The position numbers were made by a program, and so were the translations under genes. From positions 1-50,014 of the forward strand of contig CAYWJO010000024.1 of the NCBI GenBank assembly GCA_964458565.1: a stretch of 50,014 nt of DNA. The letters run 5' to 3'. This document shows, in pieces, positions 9,636-19,307 of this stretch. The stretch comes from an uncultured archaeon. GTDB taxonomy: Archaea; Asgardarchaeota; Thorarchaeia; Thorarchaeales; Thorarchaeaceae. Under the pieces are notes generated by a model. That model was given only the letters and a program-made list of their open reading frames with translations. It was not told the DNA's origin and searched no databases. Within the stretch, counting starts at the first letter, position 1; every line of letters begins with the position of its first letter.

Positions 9636-10868
9636 CTATTTGTAGATGGGATGAATCCAAGTTGCTTCAGGTATAGACATGATTGAAGTATTACCTTTTA
9701 CGAAACTCATTGATTCTTCTATGTGGTTGGTCAGAGAACAGTAGGTTTCTAATTTCGATGGTTCCTTGAGATGTTTTGAGAGAATCATAACATCGCGTGA
9801 TTCCAATATTTCGTGAAATAGCATAGCCCGTTCCATTCCGAGTTCATAATTTTCACGTGATTCTCCGATCAATTCAATTCTATTGTAATCTGTAACTCCT
9901 CGTGAAAATCCTGGCATTCCCAGCCCTTCTGAACAGTCAGCGACCAACAATATTTTTCCATTCTGACGAGTGACCTTATGACCCACAAAGAGTGCATCAA
10001 TGCAAGATTGTAGACTTGTATCTCTATTCTTGCCTGGACTGACAATAGTAATATCATATTTTCTTTTTAGAATTGTTTTAGCAAGCCGTTCAGCTGTCTT
10101 GAGACCAATAGTCCATGCTGAAATAGGATCACCTTGAGTAACATTTGCAATATTCCCCTGGTAATCCTGAATTGATATGATTGCATAATCCAAACCACAC
10201 AGCCTAATACTATCTAATCGGTCAATACAAGATGGATTAGATAAATCAAATGCACCTCTAGTAGTTCGCTGTTTTTTATAATAGCGGAGGATTGATTCAG
10301 TAGAAGATATACCAGGTAGAATAGTCATATTGCCTGTTCCAGACATTATGTGATCAGGAACAATAGTTCCCAGAGATATTGAAAAATCAGATTCGATAAA
10401 ATCTCGACGGATTGAGAGTGGTATTCCGGAGGTGGTAGTCGTTCCGACATGAATACAATCTGAAGATGAGGGATCATGTGAATGGAAATGCTGAATTGCT
10501 CCTATTTCTGACAGGTGGGAATGTATAGCATCTATAAGATTGGACATTTCAGGTTGATAGGTTATAATTACCTGAACTCTAGACATGGGTATGGCAGTAG
10601 ATTTTATCAATTTGATTAGACCTGAAATTACCGATTTATAATCAAAGGCGATATCCGAAGCCTCAATTATAATCATAATAGATTCTGCTGTGGTTATACC
10701 TCGAATGAGTGTCTTGTCAGACATATCAATTTGGGGGCTATCGGTACCAATCAGAGAGCTTTGAATGTTTCGTGGTTCTAATACATTAACCAGTCTGTTT
10801 TTGTCTAATTCAAATTCTAAAACCTCTGCACCATAAGGCATCTCGATTTTCATTCCCACACACATCAC
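9636..10868 (-). CDS. lactate racemase LarA-like (DUF2088) protein, apparently degenerate
   Basis: N-terminal MPYG, HDP...VGTTTSG, TILPG, YDITIVSPG and LVADCSEGLG follow LarA-family architecture; the catalytic motifs have diverged. Confidence 0.75.
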   Translation of the reverse strand: MMCVGMKIEMPYGAEVLEFELDKNRLVNVLEPRNIQSSLIGTDSPQIDMSDKTLIRGITTAESIMIIIEASDIAFDYKSVISGLIKLIKSTAIPMSRVQVIITYQPEMSNLIDAIHSHLSEIGAIQHFHSHDPSSSDCIHVGTTTTSGIPLSIRRDFIESDFSISLGTIVPDHIMSGTGNMTILPGISSTESILRYYKKQRTTRGAFDLSNPSCIDRLDSIRLCGLDYAIISIQDYQGNIANVTQGDPISAWTIGLKTAERLAKTILKRKYDITIVSPGKNRDTSLQSCIDALFVGHKVTRQNGKILLVADCSEGLGMPGFSRGVTDYNRIELIGESRENYELGMERAMLFHEILESRDVMILSKHLKEPSKLETYCSLTNHIEESMSFVKGNTSIMSIPEATWIHPIYK

Positions 10869-10963
10869 GTAGTATTATTTGAAACACTTAAGCATACCAG
10901 ATTTGACTAATTTTGGCGGGAACCTTCATAATCAGTTTTGACTATTCATAATCTGATGAAATA

Positions 10964-11668
10964 ATGAATAGGTCAGAGATAATACTTCTATCAGTGTTGA
11001 CTATTCTTGGTATTTATTGGGTACTCATTCTTTTATTACCTGAAATACTCAGTCCAATCACTCTGACATTCTATGCATTCCAAGATTTCACTCTATTCAT
11101 TGGATATCCGGGAGTGTTTCTGATTTCACTGATAGGGAATGCAACAATTTTAATTCCATTTCCATACATCGCTGTACCATTCTTCATGGGAGTTGATCCC
11201 TTCAATCCCTGGATCACTGGAATACTCGCAGGATTTGGAGCCATCATTGGGGAAATGACGGGGTATATTGCAGGTTATTTCGGAAGAGAGCTGATTGACA
11301 GTGAAAAAGCTGAATCCTTTAGTAATTACATAGAACACCACGCACATTCTACACCAATAATAATCTGGTTTCTGGCAATAACACCAATTCCTGATGATTT
11401 CTTTATTGTACCACTAGGTGCTGCTAGATATCCTTGGTGGAAGGTATTTGTCCCTGGCTTCATTGGGAAAACAATGTTTCTAACAGGAATTGCTTGGGCA
11501 GGTAGACTGGGACTCAATTGGATCGAGATGTTCTTTGCTAATGGAGATTCAATCATATCAAGAAGTGTTGAGGTGATAGCAGTTATTTTAATAGTGATTG
11601 CCATTTTTGCAGTGACAAGGGTTGATTGGTCAACAGTGACTGAGAGAAAAATCATTGATAGTAACTAA
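10964..11668 (+). CDS. DedA/VTT-domain membrane protein
   Basis: GNATILIPFP, GAIIGEMTGYIAG and ITPIPDD...G...GK motifs of the DedA/SNARE-associated family; several TM helices. Confidence 0.85.
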   Translation: MNRSEIILLSVLTILGIYWVLILLLPEILSPITLTFYAFQDFTLFIGYPGVFLISLIGNATILIPFPYIAVPFFMGVDPFNPWITGILAGFGAIIGEMTGYIAGYFGRELIDSEKAESFSNYIEHHAHSTPIIIWFLAITPIPDDFFIVPLGAARYPWWKVFVPGFIGKTMFLTGIAWAGRLGLNWIEMFFANGDSIISRSVEVIAVILIVIAIFAVTRVDWSTVTERKIIDSN

Positions 11669-12642
11669 TCATCAGGAGGTTTTCCTTGCAAACCCTCAAA
11701 GAAAGTCTTGCCTGCATTTGTCAGCGATACAAATCCATCCCGTAGCAAAGTGGGAAGGTTTCCAAGTCCAATTTTCTCCAGTGACGCTGAAAGTTGAATT
11801 AGACCAACCTGATCCATCTCACCTAATAGCTGGATAAATGCGCCCAATCTATAGAGAGCTAATATCCCAACACAACGTGAGAAGGCACGTTTTATCCCCT
11901 CAACGATGGCTTGTCGTGGATCTTCAAATTCCGCCAGAGCTTTTTCGAATTCAAGAAATGAGCAGCACATAGTGCGTGCATTCTCATCAGGATTTTTCAG
12001 AAAATGACCGGGTGCTTCAATCTGAAATGGGTCACGAATGAAATCATCAATTTTCAATCTTGCTTCCTCATCAGGGATTTTCCACCATGTATCCAGATGT
12101 TGATCGCTCAAAGGTTGTACAGAGAGATTTCTGTCAAGTAATTCGTTGTTTAGATTCTGGGTGGGAATGAATGAATGCCAGCCAGGAACCATGTTTAGAC
12201 CAGGTCCATTGACATCAGGTGCGTTCAATTGAAGACTACGTGTACAATAATGGATTAAATCATAGATAGCAGTCCTTCGGTTTTTTTCAAGATAGACAAA
12301 AACCGGTTCATAATCTGCTTCATGTGCAGGTACAGCTTGGTAATCATAAATGTAAAGATACTGTAGACATGTTCTTCCCTTGGGACCACCATGTACTACA
12401 CGACCGTACACTCCAACAAATTCGGTTGATTCCAACGCAATTCTGGTGGTTTCTGGTATCACAGTTCCCAAACTACGAGCAAGAATCATATCACTATTTG
12501 CAATGCCATTTGTTGGCGGGAGATGCAACTGAAGTAGTTCGGAATCAAACTCTGCAGTAAGAGACCCATCTACCTTCTTGAACGTCATTTCAGAATCAGA
12601 GAATCGTGCTCGTAAATGGTCTCCAAAATTCTTTTCAACCAA
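11665..12642 (-). CDS. hypothetical protein with a Vps62/NPP1-like core motif
   Basis: VYGRV...LQYLYIYDYQ...HEADYEPVFVYL resembles the 'QYWFFY...HEGDWE' motif of Vps62-related proteins; TTG start preceded by AGGAGG. Confidence 0.5.
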   Translation of the reverse strand: MVEKNFGDHLRARFSDSEMTFKKVDGSLTAEFDSELLQLHLPPTNGIANSDMILARSLGTVIPETTRIALESTEFVGVYGRVVHGGPKGRTCLQYLYIYDYQAVPAHEADYEPVFVYLEKNRRTAIYDLIHYCTRSLQLNAPDVNGPGLNMVPGWHSFIPTQNLNNELLDRNLSVQPLSDQHLDTWWKIPDEEARLKIDDFIRDPFQIEAPGHFLKNPDENARTMCCSFLEFEKALAEFEDPRQAIVEGIKRAFSRCVGILALYRLGAFIQLLGEMDQVGLIQLSASLEKIGLGNLPTLLRDGFVSLTNAGKTFFEGLQGKPPDD

Positions 12643-12735
12643 GCTTGCAGCCTCCTATTCTTGGAATCAGTTTGCAATATCAGATTTGTGGCAGAGAAAA
12701 TAATGGAGAGAAGGTCTCTAAGTGCGACCTAGCTA

Positions 12736-13125
12736 CTAGATGGGACTAAAACAAAGATAGGTGTTGCCAGACTTGCCTTTCTCATAACCCAGCTTCATGT
12801 CAGTTCCGAGTACTACTTGTTCAGGATGTTCTGGATCGTAACCTCCCAAACGAGTAGTCACACTTGTCCCTTCCTCAAGCTCGACTATTCCGAGGTAATA
12901 CGGAGCCTCTTCTTGGAACTCTTCTGATGCAATATGAATAACTGTGAATGAAATAAGCTTGCCTTTGCCGCTCACATCAGTCCATTCCATGCTACTACTA
13001 CCACATGAATAACAACTGCCTGAAGGAGGCGCAATAACGGCACCGCATTCAATGCATTTGAACGCCTTAAAATCACCATCTGCTATATTTTGCTTGTATT
13101 TTTCGATTGTTGGTTTCTCACTCAT
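12736..13125 (-). CDS. Zn-ribbon/OB-fold DUF35 protein (thiolase partner)
   Basis: CIECG...CYSCGS zinc ribbon followed by GKLISFTVIH...PYYLGIVELEEG; ATGA overlap with the thiolase gene. Confidence 0.93.
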   Translation of the reverse strand: MSEKPTIEKYKQNIADGDFKAFKCIECGAVIAPPSGSCYSCGSSSMEWTDVSGKGKLISFTVIHIASEEFQEEAPYYLGIVELEEGTSVTTRLGGYDPEHPEQVVLGTDMKLGYEKGKSGNTYLCFSPI

Positions 13126-14294
13126 GCGTCAGCCCTCCTTAGAATATTGACCACACATGATGCTCCGGTTCCACCAAAATTATGAACAACAGCTGTATCA
13201 TGATTTGGCACCTGGTTAGGTCCTGCTTCACCAATCAGCTCTTTATATGAAACGACAACTTGCTTCACACCAGTAGCGCCAACTGGATGTCCAACTGCTT
13301 TAAGACCACCCATTGGATTTATTGGAAGGTTTCCATCAATCGCTGTGACACCTTCTCGTACTGCTTTGGCACCTTCACCAGGTTTGAAAAGTCCGATATC
13401 TTCACTAGCGATGATTTCAGCAATAGTGAAACAGTCATGAACAATAGCAAAGTCGATATCTTTTGGAGTAAGACCCGCCATTTCGTATGCGGTTCTGCTA
13501 GCTCTGACTGAAGCTTCAAATGATGTTAATTGTTCTCTATCACATAGATTCATCGAAGCTGAAGCTTGCCCGGAGCCAATAATTTTAACTGGAAGATCAG
13601 TATATTCCTTCGCCTTCTCAGTAGAAGTAAGTACGATTGCAGCTGCACCGTCGGATATTGGGGAACAATCGAAAAGCTTCAATGGCCATGCAATATAGCG
13701 CGGAGTCAAAGCCTTCTCGAGACTGATTTCCTTCTGAAACTGTGCGAACGGATTTGTTGAAGCATTCCGATGAGCCTTAACAGCAACTAAACCCATATCC
13801 TCTTCGGTAGTGCCGTACTTGTTCATGTGAGCCACTGCAGCAATAGCAAAAACACCAGGAAATGTTAATCCGACACTAGCTTCAAATTCATCATCTGCCG
13901 CAGCTGCTAATGCTTCGGTTGCACGATTTGTGGATACCGAAGTCATCTTCTCTGCTCCAGCAACAAGAACTGTATCATAGAGTCCAGATTCGATCGCCAT
14001 CATTCCTGCACGAAGTGCAGTTGCTCCAGAAGCACATGCAGCTTCATGGCGTGTTGCTGGGAGACCTTTCATACCAGCGTAATCAAGAAGCAGTGGAGCA
14101 GTATGGCCTTGATGATTTAGCATCTCTGGAATGAATGTCCCAATGAAGGCAGCTTGAATGTCTTTTTTGGGAATACCAAATCCAATAGTGGCACTATCAA
14201 CTGCTTCGGAAAACATCTCTCTGAGTGTTATGCCATCTAGCTTACCAAATTTGGTCTGAGCGGCACTCACTATATTCGTATTTTTAAGCGGCAC
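13122..14294 (-). CDS. thiolase (acetyl-CoA C-acyltransferase, archaeal SCP-x-like type)
   Basis: EAACASG, HDCFT and GHPVGATG motifs. I moved the start from 14381 to the in-frame GTG at 14294, which follows a GAGGAG SD. Confidence 0.93.
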   Translation of the reverse strand: MPLKNTNIVSAAQTKFGKLDGITLREMFSEAVDSATIGFGIPKKDIQAAFIGTFIPEMLNHQGHTAPLLLDYAGMKGLPATRHEAACASGATALRAGMMAIESGLYDTVLVAGAEKMTSVSTNRATEALAAAADDEFEASVGLTFPGVFAIAAVAHMNKYGTTEEDMGLVAVKAHRNASTNPFAQFQKEISLEKALTPRYIAWPLKLFDCSPISDGAAAIVLTSTEKAKEYTDLPVKIIGSGQASASMNLCDREQLTSFEASVRASRTAYEMAGLTPKDIDFAIVHDCFTIAEIIASEDIGLFKPGEGAKAVREGVTAIDGNLPINPMGGLKAVGHPVGATGVKQVVVSYKELIGEAGPNQVPNHDTAVVHNFGGTGASCVVNILRRADA

Positions 14295-14476
14295 TTGATT
14301 GTAACTCCTCACTAAGACTGTGCTGCTCAAAAAAATGCACAATATAAAACGTGTGGGTTCCGGCCAATGTTGAGAAACCATGTTTGATAGACTGTTTCGG
14401 TAGAAAAGATACTAAAAAGGGGTTTTAATGGCAGTCTCCAAAGGTATAAGAGTACCAGTGAAAGTTCGCATCGGGA

Positions 14477-15688
14477 GTGACTATAATGGATTTCGGATTA
14501 TCTGAGAAAGAGCAGAAGATGTTCGATAGGGCCAAAGAGTTCACACGCGAACACATTACTCCTAAAGCACATGACCTTGAGAAGAAAAACGATTTTCCAA
14601 AGGAAGTTGTTCAGAAAGCATACGAAGCAGGTTTAATGAACCTTCATATCCCAAAGGAAGCCGGAGGTCCTGGACTATCCCTCCTCACTGAAACGCTGGT
14701 TTCAGAAGCAACGGGATATGGTTGTGCAGGTATTGCTACATCGATTATGTGTAACAATCTTGCTTTTGCACCATTAGTCATCGGTGCGACTATAGAGCAA
14801 CTTCAGACGCATGTTCAACCGCTTATTACAGGAAAAGAAGCTAAATTTGGTGCATTCTGCCTCACCGAAAGGAAAGCAGGTTCAGATGCTGCAGCTGTTG
14901 CGACAAGAGCGGTCCGTGATGGTGATGAATATATCATCAATGGGTTAAAGTGTTTTACCACAAATGGACCTCAAGCATCTCTTTTCACCGTATTTGCATC
15001 AACACAACCTGAGTTAAAGCACAAAGGACTCTCTGTGTTCATGGTTCCGAAAGTAAAAGGTGTGAAGATAGGGTTAATTGAGAGCAAGATGGGACAGCTG
15101 AATTCTGTTCAAAGTGAAGTGATTTTTGAAGATGTACGAATTCCAACAGATTGTCTTGTTGGAAAAGAGGGTGATGGATTCAAGATTGCCATGATGACTC
15201 TCGATAAGACCAGAGCAGGAATAGCCGCTATTTCAACGGGTGTTGCCCAGAGAGCACTTGATGAAGCCGCTAAGTTTGCAAATATTCGTCATCAATTTGG
15301 ACAGCCGATAGGAAAGTTCCAAGGAATCGGTTTCACACTTGCAGAAATGGGAGCCCGAACTTCAGCAGCAAGGCAACTTACTCGTTATGCTGCATGGCTT
15401 GCTGATAGAGATGAACCGGTATCTAAAGATTCTGCATTTGCAAAGTTTGTTGCTTCAGATGCTGCAATGCAAAACGCCATTGATGCAGTACAGATTATGG
15501 GTGGTTATGGGTACATATCTGAATATCCTGTTGAGAAATTAATGCGAGATGCAAAACTCCTACAGATCTATGAAGGTACAAACCAAATCCAGCGCCTTGT
15601 TGCTGGAGGAGTTATTCTAAAGGAAAGCGTCAACTTGGATACTGGATTCCGTGTCAAGTACGAAGGTCGAGATGCCCCACTCATGTAA
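14477..15688 (+). CDS. acyl-CoA dehydrogenase
   Basis: CLTERKAGSD, QFGQPI, QIMGGYGY and IYEGTNQIQR motifs. Confidence 0.95.
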   Translation: MTIMDFGLSEKEQKMFDRAKEFTREHITPKAHDLEKKNDFPKEVVQKAYEAGLMNLHIPKEAGGPGLSLLTETLVSEATGYGCAGIATSIMCNNLAFAPLVIGATIEQLQTHVQPLITGKEAKFGAFCLTERKAGSDAAAVATRAVRDGDEYIINGLKCFTTNGPQASLFTVFASTQPELKHKGLSVFMVPKVKGVKIGLIESKMGQLNSVQSEVIFEDVRIPTDCLVGKEGDGFKIAMMTLDKTRAGIAAISTGVAQRALDEAAKFANIRHQFGQPIGKFQGIGFTLAEMGARTSAARQLTRYAAWLADRDEPVSKDSAFAKFVASDAAMQNAIDAVQIMGGYGYISEYPVEKLMRDAKLLQIYEGTNQIQRLVAGGVILKESVNLDTGFRVKYEGRDAPLM

Positions 15689-15703
15689 GCTCAGTCAATG
15701 ATT

Positions 15704-15741
15704 AGAGGGTTCTCACCAAATTCGAGATTCTAGAACCCTCT
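15704..15741 (+). terminator. inverted repeat downstream of the acyl-CoA dehydrogenase gene
   Basis: Perfect 10-bp stem AGAGGGTTCT / AGAACCCTCT with an 18-nt loop, starting 16 nt after the stop codon. Confidence 0.5.
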
Positions 15742-15835
15742 TATCCAGCGGTCAGATGAAGATGGGACTGAGAGGATTACTTCATCGATTCATCCAATTA
15801 TATAGAATTTTAGTCCATGAGTTACTTACTTAAGA

Positions 15836-16630
15836 GTGAACCTCAAGCCCAGAAACATCACTGATTGGAGGAAAGATACCTTGGAGGACAATGAAACACT
15901 AAAAACGATAAAGAATCGGAGAGCAATCCGTGATTACGACACTTCAAGAGAAGTCTCTGATGAACTAATCTACAAAATTATCGAGGCAGGGGGTTACGCA
16001 CCAAGTGCTGAGAATCAACAACCATGGAGAGTCATTGTAATTCGTGATAGAGAATTGCAGCAATTCATCGGGCATTTAGCTATAGATAGAACAATACTTC
16101 TGTTTGGTAGAGCCACACCTAGAGAGGAGCTAGAACGTAGATTAAGCTATATTAAGTCAAAATCTAGCTTGGAACGAACCATCGATATTCTGATAACTGG
16201 AGAGAGGTTTGAATATATCAAAGGTAATCCTGAAACCAATGGAGCGCCCGTATTGCTTGTCTTAGCTGTTGACCAAACGCATGTAGGTGAATCACAACCA
16301 ACTTTACGCGGCACAGGAGGGGTTTACGGTTGGTCAGCCCCACGCCATGCAGTAATTGCAGGTTCTATGATGATGCAGAACATGGCCCTTGCGGCTGCGT
16401 CTCTTGGTCTTGGATCGTGTGTATCTTCCGTACAGCTAGACCATTTTGATGATGTAGGTCTTGTTTCGGAAAAACTCGGTATCCCATATCCACATTGGCA
16501 GCCAATTCTCTGTCTAACGATTGGGTATCCAAAATTTGAGAGAACGCTTGGTCCACCTAGAATGAGGCCAGAAGAATTCGCGTTTTTGAATAAGTGGGGA
16601 ACTCCATTCAAGATGGAGGACGAAATATGA
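15836..16630 (+). CDS. nitroreductase family protein
   Basis: RRAIRDY, APSAENQQPW, QNMALAAASLGLGS and IGYP motifs. The likely start is TTG at 15881, after GGAGG. Confidence 0.92.
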   Translation: MNLKPRNITDWRKDTLEDNETLKTIKNRRAIRDYDTSREVSDELIYKIIEAGGYAPSAENQQPWRVIVIRDRELQQFIGHLAIDRTILLFGRATPREELERRLSYIKSKSSLERTIDILITGERFEYIKGNPETNGAPVLLVLAVDQTHVGESQPTLRGTGGVYGWSAPRHAVIAGSMMMQNMALAAASLGLGSCVSSVQLDHFDDVGLVSEKLGIPYPHWQPILCLTIGYPKFERTLGPPRMRPEEFAFLNKWGTPFKMEDEI

Positions 16631-17175
16631 ATGAAGTACAAATTCTCAGAACCAGCCTTATCGCATTCTTAGATGGTTTATGGTGGGGATTAAGAGACTC
16701 TACTGGTGCGCTATCTATGTATGAGGGATACCAGGGAGGATTCAGACAGATGGGGCTCGAGCTCGCTGAAGCGGCTGGTGGAAAAGGTGCAGAGGACGCA
16801 GCATCAATTGCAGGAAGTATACTCGAAGCAATTGGTCTTGATGTAGAGGTGGATAAATGTACAATTACAGTCAAATCATGCCCATTATGGAACAGAATAC
16901 TTGAGAGAGGTCTTGAGTATTCATTCCATGTTGAAACCATATGCTGGAAGCCACTAATGGAAGGTATTGGGGAAAAGATAGGGGCAACACCCAAAGTTGT
17001 ATCTTCACTTCGCTTGGCACATCTTGCTCAAACAAGGGCAGAACATAAAATGAAAAAGGCTAAGGATATGCTTGACATGGGTTCAATTACCAAAGAAGCG
17101 TATGATAGACAGGTCAAAGATTTAGAAAATGAACTTGACAAAGGAGTAAAGTTCGGTATATACCATTTCGAGTAA
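16627..17175 (+). CDS. hypothetical protein, V4R/H-NOX-like sensory fold with short C-terminal helical (SHOCT-like) tail
   Basis: LDGLWW...ITVKSCP...IC pattern and the tail MLDMGSITKEAYDRQ. Start placed at ATG 16627 because of the ATGA overlap with the nitroreductase stop and a GGAGG SD. Confidence 0.55.
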   Translation: MNEVQILRTSLIAFLDGLWWGLRDSTGALSMYEGYQGGFRQMGLELAEAAGGKGAEDAASIAGSILEAIGLDVEVDKCTITVKSCPLWNRILERGLEYSFHVETICWKPLMEGIGEKIGATPKVVSSLRLAHLAQTRAEHKMKKAKDMLDMGSITKEAYDRQVKDLENELDKGVKFGIYHFE

Positions 17176-17193
17176 AGACTGAGGAGAAATAAT

Positions 17194-18459
17194 ATGGAAT
17201 CTCTGGAGAAGGCAGGATTGGCTGTTAATTACAACAAGCTAAAAGAAACCAAATCAAAAGACCTTCCCTCTAGAGTTTTCATTTGGGATGAAACACTCAG
17301 AGATGGGGAGCAGACACCTGGAGTAGCCCTTACGCTGGATGAGAAAATTGAGATAGCAAAAATGCTGGATGAAATTGGTACTGCAATAGTGGCAGTTGGA
17401 TTTCCAGCCGTATCAGCGGGTGAGAAGAAAATCGTAGCAACCATAGCACGTGAAGGACTGAACAAAGCAGTGGTTGCGGCACCAGCAAGAGCAATATTAT
17501 CAGATATCGATGCATGCATAGAAGCTGATGTTCAGGAGGTTCCTATCTTTATTGCTACTTCGGATTTTCGCTTGAAATATCAATTGAAGATGTCTAGAGA
17601 GGAGATGTTGGAACGTCTTTCTGAATGTGTTCAATATGGAAAGGACCACGGTCTCATAGTAGATTACATCGCAGAGGATTCTACAAGAAGTGATATGGAG
17701 TTTTTAACGAAGGCATACAAAACAGCCATTGATGCAGGAGCAGACAAGATTTGTGTAGCTGATACTGTTGGGTTCGTTAGGCCACAAGTTATGAAGTACA
17801 TCATGCGAGAAATCAAATCACGTCTTTGGGTGAATAGTAAATACAAGGTTCCAATTGCAGTACACTGTCATAATGACTTTGGCCTGGCAGTAGCTAACAC
17901 ATTGGCTGCGATAGAAGAAGGAGCATCATACCCACATGTGTGTGTGAATGGATATGGGGAACGGGCTGGAAACGCAGCCTTTGAAGAGGTCGTAATGACA
18001 TTAGAAGAGTTGTACGGTATTAGTACAGGCATAAACACTGAGCGACTTTATGCACTCTGTACCTTGGTTGAACGCAACTTCGTAATACCCCTTCCTTTGC
18101 ATAAGGCAATCTCTGGAGGAAATGCATTTAGACATTCTAGTGGAATCCATTCGCATGGGCAACTAACACATTCAATGACCTACGAACCGATTAACCCACT
18201 AGCAGTAGGTAGAAGACGTGAGTTCCATCTAGGTAAATTTGTTGGACGGCATTTCATTGAATACCTACTTAGAATGGGAGGAATTAAAGCTACTCCAGAC
18301 CAAGTTAGAGAAATTACAGATCGAGTGAAACGTACTCATGAGGATTTGAAACTGGAACAGACTACAGACAGTTTTGACGAAATTAAGAGTAGTCTACAAG
18401 CCTTAAGAACAGGGATAACTGAAAGGGAATTTTGGTCCATAGTATTCGATATCATCTAA
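17194..18459 (+). CDS. 2-isopropylmalate/homocitrate/citramalate synthase family (DRE-TIM), no C-terminal regulatory domain
   Basis: DETLRDGEQTPG, HCHNDFGLAVAN, GERAGN and HSSGIH motifs; 421 aa. Confidence 0.9.
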   Translation: MESLEKAGLAVNYNKLKETKSKDLPSRVFIWDETLRDGEQTPGVALTLDEKIEIAKMLDEIGTAIVAVGFPAVSAGEKKIVATIAREGLNKAVVAAPARAILSDIDACIEADVQEVPIFIATSDFRLKYQLKMSREEMLERLSECVQYGKDHGLIVDYIAEDSTRSDMEFLTKAYKTAIDAGADKICVADTVGFVRPQVMKYIMREIKSRLWVNSKYKVPIAVHCHNDFGLAVANTLAAIEEGASYPHVCVNGYGERAGNAAFEEVVMTLEELYGISTGINTERLYALCTLVERNFVIPLPLHKAISGGNAFRHSSGIHSHGQLTHSMTYEPINPLAVGRRREFHLGKFVGRHFIEYLLRMGGIKATPDQVREITDRVKRTHEDLKLEQTTDSFDEIKSSLQALRTGITEREFWSIVFDII

Positions 18460-19169
18460 TCAGAAGTACGTACTTTCTTCGCTAGTTTATAACGAAGGTA
18501 TACACCTAGATCAAGAGTTATTGTACCAATTAAGAATCCTAATCCGAAGATACTCAAGATAATCAAATCAAGCAACCATTCACCTACAATATAGCGATAT
18601 GCCAGCTCAATTACTAGAATGAGTGTGGCGATTACCAGAGATTGATAGATTCCAATCTGGAAAATTCTCGTTGCACGTGTCGAGGATTTAGTTAGATTAT
18701 CGAGGTCTCTAGATGTTGCACCTGGATCAATTTTTACAAAATACCCTTTCGAGAGGTTCTCCATAACAAAAGATTCGATTCCTTCATAATTGACATTTTT
18801 CGGGTCCGCAGCCATAAAAGTACCTCGAACCGATTTTAATGCAGCACCACCACTAAGAAGAGCAAGAATCGCAATCACAATCAGATAAATCGTAACCTGC
18901 CAGAAAGCAAATAATACAAGGATTAAGCATAAGATAACGAACATAGCAATGACATCGAAAATGCCCATTGCCCCCTCTACTCCACCAATAAATAGAAATT
19001 GAAGGCGTTTCATAGCACCAACATTGACCCAAGTATGATACATCACGGTATCATCGGAAGTACCAAGGTTTCTCTCTATTGATTCGAAAACATCATCCCT
19101 TTTACCTCCATAGACTGAAACACGAAACGGATTTTCGGGCAAGTTTTCATATTCGGGGTCTGTGGCCAT
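18456..19169 (-). CDS. hypothetical membrane protein
   Basis: 237-aa ORF with four hydrophobic helices in two pairs; GAGGT SD. Confidence 0.7.
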   Translation of the reverse strand: MATDPEYENLPENPFRVSVYGGKRDDVFESIERNLGTSDDTVMYHTWVNVGAMKRLQFLFIGGVEGAMGIFDVIAMFVILCLILVLFAFWQVTIYLIVIAILALLSGGAALKSVRGTFMAADPKNVNYEGIESFVMENLSKGYFVKIDPGATSRDLDNLTKSSTRATRIFQIGIYQSLVIATLILVIELAYRYIVGEWLLDLIILSIFGLGFLIGTITLDLGVYLRYKLAKKVRTSD

Positions 19170-19307
19170 ATCTTCATACCTCGATATTCTGAAGATACAG
19201 GGGCTTATGGATTTAATGGGACCATCAATATTTCATCACACTGAATCGCACTATTAAAAAACAAGTTACTAACTGATTCTACTTAATTCTGTGAGGTATA
19301 AGCAGCA

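Noticed and set aside
8737-9660. Minus-strand ORFs 8737-9003, 8900-9130 and 9274-9660
   Set aside because: Shadow frames of the Glu/Lys-rich + strand genes; their Ser/Phe/Leu richness is the expected antisense artefact.
15699-15745. ATGA followed by a stem with an AAA-containing loop, superficially like a eukaryote/Asgard-type SECIS element
   Set aside because: The 3' arm lacks the GA needed for the tandem G-A quartet, and the upstream acyl-CoA dehydrogenase has no in-frame TGA; treated as an ordinary hairpin.
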